64,000 nt of DNA, taken from NCBI GenBank assembly GCA_002269645.1, contig NIVC01002560.1, positions 62,001 to 126,000 of the forward strand, written 5' to 3'. The notes beneath the pieces were generated by a model that saw only the letters and a program-made list of their open reading frames with translations, was not told where the DNA came from and ran no database searches. This DNA comes from Macrostomum lignano (Eukaryota). The translations under genes were made by a program, and so were the position numbers. This document shows, one piece after another, positions 42,010 to 54,629 of the stretch. Each line of letters begins with the position of its first letter. The first letter of the stretch is position 1.

Positions 42010-42654
42010 TTTGTGGCAGCAACGGCAAGCGGCGAAGATGGCTGTGCAATTGAAGGCTGTTTGGCCGGGTGTGCGGCTGCTGGCTGGGTGTGCGGCCCCT
42101 CAGCTCGGGGGTATAGTTATACACCACAAACGGTTGCTATGGAGCTGCAATCGGGGTGGCTGAGAGATTCAAGAGTTTGCTAGTCGGAGTTTGTGCAGAA
42201 GCGGGGGCTGGCGGCATTTTCTGCTATGCGTGCTTCGCCCCTATAGCTGGGCGTTCTGTTTTAAGAAAATTTTTACAGTCAATTGCGAATTACAGCTGGA
42301 GCTCGAGTTCATTCGGACTCGCCTACAGAATCTGCGGGTCTGCTGCGCTCCATCAACCAGAAACGAGGCCGTCTATATTGTGCTCACTCGACAATTAAAA
42401 ATAAAAATATAAAAATGAATTTCACTATACGAGTACTCTCGTAAATCTCGTAAAATTCTCTAGCTATAAAAGCCAAGGCGAAGCTCCTGCTTATTTTGAT
42501 GTTCGTTCAAAAGGGTTCGTTGGATTCGGAAAGATTTATTTCACTCTAGTGTTGCAAATCTGCACAGCAAACGTGCGCTACGCCGAGCCCTTAAGCCAGC
42601 CATTGCGCTCATTTTCCATTGTTCAGAGCCATCATTTCGTGAGAAACTGTGCAG

Positions 42655-42790
42655 AAGGGATGAAGCAGAGGGAATGAAGCAGAGGGGATGAAGCAGAAGG
42701 GTGAACGTGAAGCAGAGCTGGGATGAAGCAGAGGGGATGAAGCAGCGAGAATGAAGCAGGAAGGTGAAGGAGAGGGAATGAAGCTGGAGG
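42655..42790. repeat. Degenerate GGATGAAGCAGAG repeat
   Basis: Direct reading. Confidence 0.75.
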
Positions 42791-45354
42791 GTAATGGAGA
42801 GAGGCCTATGGGATGAAGTATACGGAATGGAGAGAGTAAAGCGGGCAGAGAATGGAGGAGAAGAGGGTAGAGACAGATGGGAAAGCCCAAGCAAACCCGG
42901 AGGGTGCGAACGCAGACCGCGCCGCTGACCGAATCCGGCGTCAGCCAGCAGGCAGTCAGGGAAACTGCAAGTTTGCGTTGTCCTCGCCTGGGTACAGCGA
43001 CAGCAACAGCACCTGCACTGTACCGAAGTGTGTTCTCACCGAGGTGCAGACTCTCCTGAAAGAGCATCTAACTCAATGAAAGATAAAAATACACACCCAC
43101 TCCAGCGCAGCCGTAAATTAGCGAACTGTCAGTGAAGCAGTGGACGCCCTGGCTGCGCCCCGCCGGTTCACACCTACACATGCAGCGGGGTTGCTGTCTC
43201 GACCAAGGGATGGTGGTCAGAAGCCTCTCATGATGTTGAGAGCGGGAGACGGGCAAAAGGGGCTCCAGCACCAGGTGGACGTCGTTATTCGTCGATGTAA
43301 TTTAAAAGCACGGGTTCGTCAGCAACGTGGGAAAGGTTGGCCACCGTCGGATTGCTGTGGGATTCAGCAGTTAGTTGAGATTCTGAGATCCGAATTACGA
43401 GCCTCACATGCGAGCCTCAAAAGTAGTGACTGCATTTAAAATCGAGCCTGGACAGCAGGCACGCAATAGCGCTGTGCTCGACTAGTAGGCTACGACCTCA
43501 AGATTCGCCGCAACTTTACTCTTTGTGAGGCCTAAAAATCCGAAAAAGGAGTTGCCCAGAGAGCGATTAGCCCAGATTTGCCCAATTAAGCTACGTATAG
43601 AGCTCCGGAAGGGTGGATGAATCAGATCAATGAGCCGCCTCCATCTCAGACAGCAAGACCAGAGTCGCTCAACGAATCCGGCATGGCCAAGGCACATTGG
43701 GGAATAGCTGCCAGGACAATGGCGAGACAATAAAGCGAGTCGGAGCGCAGCACGGAACTGCATCGGGCAATCTCTATGGTCGACCGGTGAGGATTTTGGA
43801 AGGAGCCGCTGACGGCTCACTTTCTACATGAATTTCTAATCCTAATGCTGGCTTCCGACACACTGGGCGGCGACCGCACCAGTCAGACCCCAACACGCGT
43901 GCACACACTAGCGCTAGCGGCAACCCTCCTGGTGTCGGGCCAGCCTCGGGGGTTCTTTTGGTCTACTGCTGGGTCAGGTGAAGCGGCCGGGTGGGTACCG
44001 CACCTATTGCACCTTCGGGTAGCCCACCAACCTTTATCATGGCCTTCGAGCCGTCTGGCAACACACTGGGGGACCTCCCTGGGCGGCGCCAACCCTTCGT
44101 CCATAGCGGCCATTCAGGGATTAGCGGAATGGGCGTCCGCGCCTTCCCACTGCGTCTCCTTCGGGACAGCCCTGCAGCTGAGTCAAAGTAAAGTCATATA
44201 CACGGATATGCAGTGGGTGCAGTGCAGTGTGTCTTGAAAACTCGTACAATTAAATTTAACACCCCGTCAACTGAATTACAATGCAAAAATGCATTGCAAC
44301 TTCACCTGGTTGGTCTTTTCTAGCAAATATAGATATGGAAAATACGATTAATAAAAAAGTTCTGCCAAAAAAGCTTGATAATATCTGGAGATCAACATAT
44401 GATATTTTATTATGAATAGACTAACAAAGAAAAATCTGATAAAGCTGATAAAGAATAAACCAAGAAACCATATTGCTTCTATTCTATTAATTTACTGGCT
44501 TATGAAGCATTTGTATGTACATACGCTCGTATTATATATAAATATGAATATAAATCTCATTTTTACAGAGGGCCTCCTTGCAAAAATCAAGGGTTAGTTG
44601 GTTTAGTGAGAAGATTCACGATTTGCAATCATTGTGAAAAGTGAGCAACAGTTGACAAATATTAAGAGCACCTGTGGTAAAATTCTGGGTTTTTTTGATT
44701 GACCATTTCTCTGGCCACTTAGACGAATTTGCATAATTCTGCGTGCAATTGTAAGACAGTCTTGCCCGTCAAAGCAAACCCGGAGGGTGCCAATGCAGGC
44801 CGCGCCGCTGACCGAACGCGGCGTCAGCCAGCACACAGTCGACAAACGTCGAGTTCGCGCTTGTTCTCGCCACCTGGAGTCGCCGGCGGCACAACAGGTC
44901 GCTTTGATGGACCAGGGCCGGCGCGGTGATGCAGTGCCGCGTCGGTGACTCGTTCGTCGTTGATTTGGAAGTTGGCGTGCAGCTCAGGCGAGTCAATGTA
45001 AAAATTTATATACATAGCGAAATAGACATCCATGCATACTACTAATTCATGAAACTACGAGTAGTAATAGAATTCGAAAATTAAATTGCACATTAAAGCC
45101 GAAACAAAAAAACCAAACACGGCTATATAATACAAAAATCGACTAATTTTCGCTTCGCATACGATTGTACTGTACGAGTAATTCTCCAGCTGCATCTGCA
45201 TATTGCAACAGTCCTCCATGAGAATCTTATGCTGGATTTTGTACGCGTCGAGCTCCGCAGTTAAATCTTTCAGCTTGCAATTGGCATTTCTGCGGACGTT
45301 TTAAGTATGGAGTTAATTTGGAGAGCATGCACTTGCTTGGTATATGATTGTGAC

Positions 45355-45705
45355 TGGCATGTGTACATTACGGCTGGGGTGGGGTTGTGGCTAGCATGTG
45401 TACATTGCGGCTGGGGTGGGGTTGTGGCTAGCGTGTGTACATTTCTGCGGTTGGGGTGGGGTTGTGGCTAGCGTGTGTACATTGCGGCTGGGGCGGGGTT
45501 GTGGCTAGCGTGTGTACATTTCTGCGGTTGGGGTGGGGTTGTGGCTAGCGTGTGTACATTGTGGCTGGGGTGGGGTTGTGGCTAGCGTGTGTACATTGTG
45601 GCTGGGGTGAGGTTGTGGCTAGCGTGTGTACATTGTGGCTGGGAGGGGTTGTGGCTAGCGTGTGTACATTGTGGCTGACGTGAGGTTGTGGCTAGCGTGT
45701 GTACA
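45355..45705. repeat. ~39-41-bp G-rich minisatellite
   Basis: Unit GGCTGGGGTGGGGTTGTGGCTAGCGTGTGTACATTGY, ~8 copies. Confidence 0.93.
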
Positions 45706-45809
45706 GATCCCCAGTTGCTGTTCCGCCCTCCCAGATCCTGTTTCTGGGCCAGCTCCCCAGATTCCGTTGCTGGGCCAGCCTCCCAGAGTGTCAGTTGTCC
45801 GAGAGTCAC

Positions 45810-46158
45810 CATCTGACTGCAGAGGGCAGCAGGCCGCAGGCACAGAGGGGCAGCAAAAGTCGAATTGAGCTTCACCGCTCTTGCAGCAGTGGAACTCTAG
45901 CGAGCAGGGCGCTCCGGAGCTGCTGGCTAGCAAGTCCTGCCTGCAGGGCACTTTGCCGCCCTCAAATCGATCCTGGCCGCCAGCTTGCTGGCTTGCAACT
46001 ACATGTAAGGCAGGAGTCGCAACCGCTGCGGCAGCTTCAACAGCGGACTCAACTAGGACAAAGTCGGACAGAGAACTGCCAAGACTGTCTGGCTGCTGAC
46101 GCGGCTCCGACATGTCAGAGTCGGTGTCAGACTGGACGCTAGATTGTAAACAGGTCAT
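45810..46158 (-). CDS. Probable first coding exon of an unidentified gene (contains a LIR-like SDFVLV)
   Basis: Non-repetitive 116-codon stretch of ORF 45655-46158, ending at a GATG/GTGACT donor. Downstream exons not resolved. Confidence 0.4.
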
Positions 46159-46589
46159 ATATAATTAGTTCGTACTTAGAAGCCACGTGAGACTCAAACA
46201 GCCGACTAACATGTATAATATATAAAATATTTTTAAACGCTAAAAAAATAACTCAGGAACGGGCTAAAACTTGTGTCCAAAGTCAATGCAAAAAATAACA
46301 GATATATTTCTCATCAAGCAAGAAATAAAGTTCAAAAACTGTCTACAGCAGTGGGCAGTCGGCAATGTGAATGCAGTTCCGGCAGCTTAGCATGGAACCC
46401 GGGGCGACACAGTGCAGCAAACTGCCTTCAGCCAGCCAAGCGCGCAAATGGAAGAGCAGACAAGGCAAAACAAAGACTAGCGAGTTAACTGCTGCGGCCG
46501 ATGCAAGACACTGATTTTTTAAGCATGGGCATGCGTCTGCTTTGGCAGTGGTGTGTACAGAACGTTGATAGTAAGGGAAAATGGCCGCT

Positions 46590-47565
46590 CAGCAACTGGG
46601 GATCTGGGAGGCTGGCCCAGCAACTGAGGATCTGGGAGGCTGGCCTAGCAACTGAGGATCTGGGAGGCTGGCCCAGCAACTGAGGATCTGGGAGGCTGGC
46701 CCAGCAACTGACACTCTGGGAGGCTGGCCCAGCAACTGATGATCTGAGAGGCTGGCCGTGCAACTGAGGATCTGGGAGGCTGGCCTAGCAACTGATGATC
46801 TGGGAGGCTGGCCGTGCAACTGAGGATCTGGGAGGCTGGCCTAGCAACTGAGGATCTGGGAGGCTGGCCAAGCAACGGAGGATTTGGGAGGCTGGCCCAG
46901 CAACTGAGGATCTGGGAGGCTGGCCTAGCAACTGAGGATCTGGGAGGCTGGCCCAGCAACGGAGGATTTGGGAGGCTGGCCCAGCAACTGAGGATCTGGG
47001 AGGCTGGCCCAGCAACTGAGGGTCTGGGAGGCTGGCCCAGCAACTGAGGATCTGGGAGGCTGGCCCAGCAACTGACACTCTGGCAGGCTGGCCCAGCAAC
47101 TGAGGATCTGGGAGGGCAGACCAGCAGCTGAGGATCTGGGTAGGTGGCCCAGCAACTGAGGATCTGGGAGGCTGGCCCAGCAACTGAGGGTCTGGGAGGG
47201 CAGATCAGCAGCTGAGGATCTGGGAGGGCAGATCAGCAGCTGAGGATCTGGGAGGGCAGATCAGCAGCTGAGGATCTGGGAGGGCAGATCAGCAGCTGAG
47301 GATCTGGGAGGGCAGATCAGCAGCTGAGGATCTGGGAGGGCAGATCAGCAGCTGAGGATCTGGGAGGGCAGATCAGCAGCTGAGGATCTGGAGGGCAGAT
47401 CAGCAGCTGAGGATCTGGGAGGGCAGATCAGCAGCTGAGGATCTGGGAGGGCAGATCAGCAGCTGAGGATATGGGAGGGCAGATCAGCAGCTGAGGATCT
47501 GGGAGGGCAGATCAGCAGCTGAGGATCTGGGAGGGCAGATCAGCAGCTGAGGATCTGGGAGGGCA
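46590..47565. repeat. 28-bp minisatellite in two sequence phases
   Basis: CTGGGAGGCTGGCCCAGCAACTGAGGAT (46590-47190), then CTGGGAGGGCAGATCAGCAGCTGAGGAT (47190-47565). Confidence 0.95.
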
Positions 47566-47745
47566 GGGCCCATTTTCATTTCAAAGCACCGAAACCAGCA
47601 AGTTAATTAAGCGCTCAGGCCCGCATCGCACTGAGCACTGCTGATATTCCACAAAGATCAACAGCACAAAACTAGCAGAGTGAAAAATCACCAACAACAG
47701 AAAAATCCGCTAGCAAACGCAGGCCTCATAGCCGCACAGCAGGGC

Positions 47746-50700
47746 TCAGTCGATGCGGTACAATTTAACACTGCAGTCGCACTTGTCAGCGCAGGTGGCC
47801 AGCAGCGGCAGCGGACCGGACAGCCAACAGGCGTCCAGCAGGCCGTCCCGGTGACCAAGCAACTCCAGCAGTGGCTGGCCGGACAGGCCGTCCCAGATCC
47901 GCGCCCGGCCGGCCACGTCCGCCGTGGCCAATCGGAGCGGTCCGGTGGTGGCCGGCCGCGGCAGCCAGAGGACGCGGACGACGCCGGCACCGACGCTGCA
48001 GCGCAGGCGAACCCGGAGGCTGTCGGCAGCCTGCAGGTCGAATACGAAAGCGAATCCGGCTAGGCAGCCGGCGGCCAGCAGTGACTCCTGCTGCGGGCAG
48101 AATTGCACCGACTCCACCGACCAGTTGCTGGCGTCTGGAGTGGCCTCTGAGGCTGAGGCCTGCACCGTGGTGGTGGCCTCAGCCGATACCTGAAGATCGC
48201 CGTTAAATAGAGATTAAATGTATATTGCGGCTCACCCACCTCGCTCCACTCTCTTACCAAATGTACATTGCGGCTCACCCGCCTCGCTCCACTCTCTTAC
48301 CAAATGTACATTGCGGCTCACCCGCCTCGCTCCACTCTCTTACCAAATGTACATTGCGGCTCACCCGCCTCGCTCCACTCTCTTACCAAATGTACATTTC
48401 GGCTCACCCGCCTCGCTCCACTCTCTTACCAAATGTACATTGCGGCTCACCCGCCTCGCTCCACTCTCTTACCAAATGTACATTGCGGCTCACCCGCCTC
48501 GCTCCACTCTCTTACCAAATGTACATTGCGGCTGACCGACCAACAACTCACCTGCGGCAAGCTGCACACGGCCAGAGGCACTCGTGGCGCGGCGGCCCTG
48601 AAGCAGACAACATCTCCTGTCTCAGTGCCGCAGGCGGCCAGACCCGAGCTGGGCGCGGCATCGATGGCCAGCACCGAGGAGTCACATTCGAGAGAGCCGG
48701 TCGAGGTGGCCACGGCCTGGCCGGCACGGAGGTCGAGCAGGCGGACTCGGCCGTTATCGTGAGCAGCCAGGGCGTGGCCAGGGTCGTTGGGAAGCACCAG
48801 GCCGCAGGTGGTCTCGCTGTCTACTTGGCCGCCTGCGATCACCTTGCACTGGCCGGAGGGAATCTGCATAGCCAGGGCCGAAGAGTCGATGATGCGAGAT
48901 TGAGAGCCGGGTGAAAAGTGATGTAGGCAGTTATGAGAAAGTTGGTTATTGATACATGCGATGATGAGAAAGCATTTCAGAGATGATCCTAAGAAATTTT
49001 GTTAGGCTTATTTTACGAAAGCGGTTTAGAGCTAATTCTGTCTAGGTTTGGGCTGAATCTTAGAAAGCGGGTTACGGTTGTTTCTAAGAAAGTAGGATAA
49101 GGCTGATTTTAATAGTGGGTTATGTGCTTTGTTGCAATAAATTCTCTAGAAAGCTGCATGAGTCAGGATAGCCTGTTTTCACAGACTCAGAACTCAACGA
49201 ATCGGAAGGCAACGGGCAGCTCACCTGCCACAGCCAGCAGCTGCCGTCGCCGGTGCCAACCAGCAACGCAGAGGCCACCAGCGGATGCCAGCAGCCCCAG
49301 CGCAGCTCGGCGGCCTCCCCAGACCACATTGGCTGCGCCTCCGCAGACGAGGAGCTGTTGGCGGGGTTCGCGGAAACTTCCTGGCCAAACTGGCTGGTCT
49401 CCCAGACGTTCACCTGGCCGGATAAATCACCCGTGGCTAGCAGGGTGCCTGTCCTGCGGGTTGCGGGCATAGGCGACTAGCTGCTACTGGATAATGCTTG
49501 GTTACAGGCTAATTAATGCTCTTCTATTGATTCGCTAAATTCAGACACACGGCTAATGCCTAGCAAAAGTAGCAACTTAGTGACACATGCCTAGATACCC
49601 AGGCCAAGAAGCGTCGCTCCAGACTCGTACGTAACACAGGTAAAAAAAGAAAGAAGTGACTCTAGACGACTTCAAAGCGACGAGATTTAATAGTCGCCTA
49701 AGAGTTAATTTGAGGCGTTTTAGTGTCTGTGACTCTTGGGCGTCTCTAAATTTATAATGACTCTGGACCCATAGAGTCGTATCAAAGGCGTGCTGGAGTC
49801 GCTGTAGTGAGTTGCGTCTAGCTAACGCTTAGCTACTGCCTTGCTATTGTTTAGCTAACGCCTAGCTACTGCCTTGCTATTGTTTAGCTAACGCCTAGCT
49901 ACTGCCTTGCTATTGACTAGCTAACGCCTAGCTACTGCCTTGCTATTGTTTAGCTAACGCTTAGCTACTGCCTTGCTATTGACTAGCTAACGCCTAGCTA
50001 CTGCCTTGCTATTGACTAGCTAACGCCTAGCTACTGCCTTGCTATTGACTAGCTAACGCCTAGCTACTGCCTTGCTATTGACTAGCTAACGCCTAGCTAC
50101 TGCCTTGCTATTGACTAGCTAACGCCTAGCTACTGCCTTGCTATTGACTAGCTAACGCCTAGCTACTGCCTTGCTATTGACTAGCTAACGCCTAGCTACT
50201 GCCTTGCTATTGACTAGCTAACGCCTAGCTACTGCCTTGCTATTGACTAGCTAACGCCTAGCTACTGCCTTGCTATTGTTTAGCTAACGCCTAGCTACTG
50301 CCTTGCTATTGACTAGCTAACGCCTAGCTACTGCCTTGCTATTGACTAGCTAACGCCTAGCTACTGCCTTGCTATTGACTAGCTAACGCCTAGCTACTGC
50401 CTTGCTATTGACTAGCTAACGCCTAGCTACTGCCTTGCTATTGACTAGCTAACGCCTAGCTACTGCCTTGCTATTGTTTAGCTAACGCCTAGCTACTGCC
50501 TTGCTATTGACTAGCTAACGCCTAGCTACTGCCTTGCTATTGTTTAGCTAACGCCTAGCTACTGCCTTGCTATTGACTAGCTAACGCCTAGCTACTGCCT
50601 TGCTATTGTTTAGCTAACGCTTAGCTACTGCCTTGCTATTGACTAGCTAACGCCTAGCTACTGCCTTGCTATTGACTAGCTAACGCCTAGCTACTGCCTT

Positions 50701-51345
50701 GCTATTGACTAGCTAACGCCTAGCTACTGCCTTGCTATTGACTAGCTAACGCCTAGCTACTGCCTTGCTATTGACTAGCTAACGCCTAGCTACTGCCTTG
50801 CTATTGACTAGCTAACGCCTAGCTACTGCCTTGCTATTGACTAGCTAACGCCTAGCTACTGCCTTGCTATTGACTAGCTAACGCCTAGCTACTGCCTTGC
50901 TATTGACTAGCTAACGCCTAGCTACCCACCTATTAAAGGAGACGAAGACCACGGAGTCGTCGTGGCCGCCGCAAACCCCAACAAGTTTTGCGTCGACCGC
51001 AGTGGCCGCAGCGTGCGGTCCATCGGCGCCAACCCGCCAAACCAGGGCGCGGTCGTCCTCGCCGCCGCTTGCCAGCAGGCGGCCGTCGGGCGAGGCGGCC
51101 AGGCAGAAGACGCTGGACGCGTGGCCGCTCAGTGTGGCTACTGAGTCGTCGCGCGCGACCTCCAGTGGCTGGCGGACCGGCACCGGCTCAGCTCCCTCGG
51201 ACTCGTCGCTTTCAAAGCTGTCGTCACCGAGGCAGCCGTCATTCTCGCCCTCACCGATGTCGACAATTTCCAGATCCTCGAAGTCGAACTCGTCCCCATC
51301 GGCCTCCTCAGCCAGGTCATCAGTGTCCGGCTGCTGCTGCTGCAT
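47746..51345 (-). CDS. AAMP: Angio-associated migratory cell protein (WD40; Sqt1-like uL16 chaperone), 466 aa
   Basis: Exons 50930-51345, 49225-49453, 48552-48863, 47746-48189, phase-consistent. Acidic N-terminus. DDSVATLSGHASSVFC, SGGEDDRALVW, GHDDSV, LATGDLSG, WHP, GTGDG, SVESVQFC match AAMP. Confidence 0.9.
48217..48532. repeat. 43-bp minisatellite x~7 (AAMP intron 3)
   Basis: Unit AAATGTACATTGCGGCTCACCCGCCTCGCTCCACTCTCTTACC. Confidence 0.96.
49818..50925. repeat. 33-bp minisatellite x~33 (AAMP intron 1)
   Basis: Unit CTAGCTAACGCCTAGCTACTGCCTTGCTATTGA. Begins ~5 nt from the donor. Confidence 0.97.
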
Positions 51346-52559
51346 GGCCGGCTTTCTCTAGGCGATCGAAATGCTGCGAGTCTGCGGTTTGAGCTGCGTG
51401 GCCCCAGCTGCTTGCCCTCCACAGCAGCAGATTGCATTTAGGACAAGAAACAGTCAACAGTTAAAAAAATTGAGACATGATTTTATAAACAAAAACTATA
51501 GCCTTTCGCAAGCTATTTGATAGTACGAGCAAGCAATTTAAGGGGAGCTTTGCCACTGCAGATGAAGTGCTGGAAGAACAAGATCATGCAGCACATGGCT
51601 CCTACAACAAGATGAGCAACAAAAAGTACATATTGATTGTGGGTACAATTGAAAGGGGTGATAGAGCTGCCCACATCTCACAATGGATGAAGGTGAAGCT
51701 GCAAACTGTATGCAAACTGTGGACGGTTTAGGCACATGCTCTGTTTCATTGGTGAAGCAATTCTATAGACTACTAATAATTAGCTAATTGGAATGATATT
51801 TCATTGACTTGCTTTTGCTAATTTTTTACTCTACTATCAGCTATAAATTCAGTTTGCTTAGTACTTAGTTTGCTCTGTTTTTGTTCTCAAACTTTTTGTG
51901 CTTTATTGATTTGTCTCCCCTGTTATAATGTTCAAATGTGAAACTAGTCACATTAGAAATGACTAAATGAGTGCTTAGATTATTAAATTTGTTGCTCTTA
52001 GACCCATTATTTAAGTAAAAAACTGAAAAATGTATTTTCTAGCACTGGGTTTCCCAATGTGTATGCAATGATTCTACTAGAATTAGGGCCTATATTAAGA
52101 CAAAATAAGACTAAATTATAGCAGAAGGATTAGCATTATTAACAACTTAGATGATATTTTATGGGATCTTTTAAGATAGATCAAACTTAAGACCTTAGTA
52201 CAACTATGGAAGCATTAGTAAGATATTTTTTTAAAAGAGAAATATTAACTTTTATATATGTACTTCTCTTTTTTATAACTTTTGAAGACAAGGAAAGCCC
52301 TTTTGGCAATAATAGGCCTAATAATTATTAATACTGCTTAGGTATTTTATTAGATTAGATATATAAATAAATATGACCACAGAAATAGCACGATATAGTA
52401 TAGAGTGGAAAGCATATATAGATTGTCTCCCAAAATGGCAAAATTAATTCTTTTACCAATATACTTTGTGCTACCTTCTTGATTAACAGTTATATTTTTG
52501 GAAATATTTAGGCCTAATGCCTAATTTGAATGAATTTAAATATTTAGGAGAGATATGAA

Positions 52560-53108
52560 TAGGGATTGCAAAATCCTGGCTTTTTATGATCCCGGGATCC
52601 TGGGATTAAATCCTGGAATTTGGCCAATGCCAGGATTGAATCCCGGGATCAGAATAGGCCTAATATAGATTTTTATACTTCTAGGTTGAAATTTTAAGGC
52701 AAAATATGCACTAAACACTTTTTGCTTACTTTTTTGATTGTTATAGAGATAATGATCTATTTGTAGATGAAAAACAGCATTATCTTGTGACCTATTGAAG
52801 TAAGTAGTATAATTGTACTAATTAGTAGTAAAGAAGCAAATCATATCAAAATTTAAATTGAAATTAATTTCATATTTAAATCTGTGATATGGGGTTTAAA
52901 AAGGTGCCATACGATGTGAGGCAATTAATGGAAATTGGTGCAATATAATAAACTAGTTATGGGCCTAATTATGTTTATATTACAGCACTTTTTGTAAAAA
53001 TATTAACAAAAATTAGTCCTGGGATTTGGGGTCCCTAATCCCAGGAATGGAAATCCCAGGATTTAGGCCCAATCCTGGGATTTTGGGATCCCGGGATTGC
53101 AATCCCTA
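52560..53108. mobile_element. hAT-like non-autonomous element (549 bp)
   Basis: 12-bp TIR TAGGGATTGCAA, subterminal CCCGGGAT/ATCC(T/C)GG words, 8-bp TSD GATATGAA/GATATGAG (7/8). Confidence 0.75.
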
Positions 53109-53888
53109 GATATGAGATAGACCCTAAGATATAGATATAGGCCTAATATAAAAGATATAGGGCCTAAACATCATTATATTATAATGTTTAACTAAATCAA
53201 TAACTCTATTAACTGTTTTACTTAAATATATATATTTTTGTGAAAATATTATTTACCTAGGGGCCTAACTAAAATAGTTAATCAAATGTAGAGAAAACAG
53301 ATTTGGGCCTAGCATAAATATAAATGTGAAAATAAAAATTATGAAATTGAAAAGCATAAAGCTTTGTAGGCCCTAGAACTTAGCTATCATAGGCCTACTA
53401 GCAACTTCTCAAAATAGTGCAGCTTTACTAGGATTAACTACAACAATACACTTTAAGAACAGAATTTTGTAGAATTTTTCCATGAATTGTGTGATTTATG
53501 ATTTTTTTATTTCTTATGGACCTATCAATATTCAATAGGCCTATCAACCGATTTTTGTTTGTGCACATGGTCTATGATGCTACATCTATCCTGATATATG
53601 TCTCTAAAAGCCACTTTAATATATACCATTAGCATTAAATTTAGTGCCCAAATGGGATTTTAAACTTTTTATAAATTTTAGATTCTAGGAAAAATGTTTT
53701 CTGGAACACAAGAAATAAAGAAAAACTACAATAGATCATAGCAACGAATAAATGCTACTAGAATATATGTTTTTAAATAATTTATTTGTTTTAAAATCAT
53801 TCTTTAATGTTAATTAAAACAGTTTTGGTTTAAATAAAATATTTAAAAGTCAAAACTTGCAATGAAACTTCTTCTTGAAGAGTTTAAT

Positions 53889-54629
53889 GGCAGTGACTAT
53901 TCGTCCGGTACCGGATAAATAAAAGTGAATTTATTCGTCCGGTACCGGATAAATAACAGTGAAGTTATTCGTCCGGTACCGGATAAATAACAGTGAAGTT
54001 ATTCGTCCGGTACCGGCTGAGCTGCGTGAATTGCCACTCTGCGCATCTTTTCTAGCTAGGTATACTAGCGTGATGTTAGAGTGTCTTCCTGATGATTAGT
54101 CAGTACTGAGTTCGAGTCTGTAGTGAAGACTCCACTTTTTTATTGTAACAACTCCAAGTGTTATTGTAATTATAACTTTAAGTCCTTACTTTGGCGTTTG
54201 TGCTATACAACAGCAAATATCGTTATTAATTTTGACTGTACTATGACTACTGTCTACTAAACCAAAACATACCGATATGTATAGAACGAAATATGATAAA
54301 GGTAAAAATTGTACAAAACTGCTGGATCGAGCAATGACATGTAGACTATGCCCAAGTATTTTTTGCCCAAAGTTCTAGAATTTCTGAGAAACAGCACTAT
54401 CTAATCACAATGAATATTTTCTGCTTCTAGCCAAAAAGTGAACTATATACTACTTTTTTGAGTATTCCCTGTATTTTACAAGTTTTTATTATATATCCAA
54501 GTCTATACTGTGCCGGACGAATAACTTCACTTTATCCAGTACTGGACAAATAACTTCACTTTTATTTATCTAGTACTGGACAAATAACTTCACTTTTATT
54601 TGTCCGGTACCAGACAAATAGTCACTGCC
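53889..54629. mobile_element. Non-autonomous TIR element (741 bp), Mutator/foldback-like
   Basis: TIR GGCAGTGACTATTYGTCYGGTACCGGAYAAATAAAAGTGAA, with arms built of 34-bp tandem units. Candidate 9-bp TSD GAGTTTAAT/TAATTTAAT (7/9). Confidence 0.7.
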
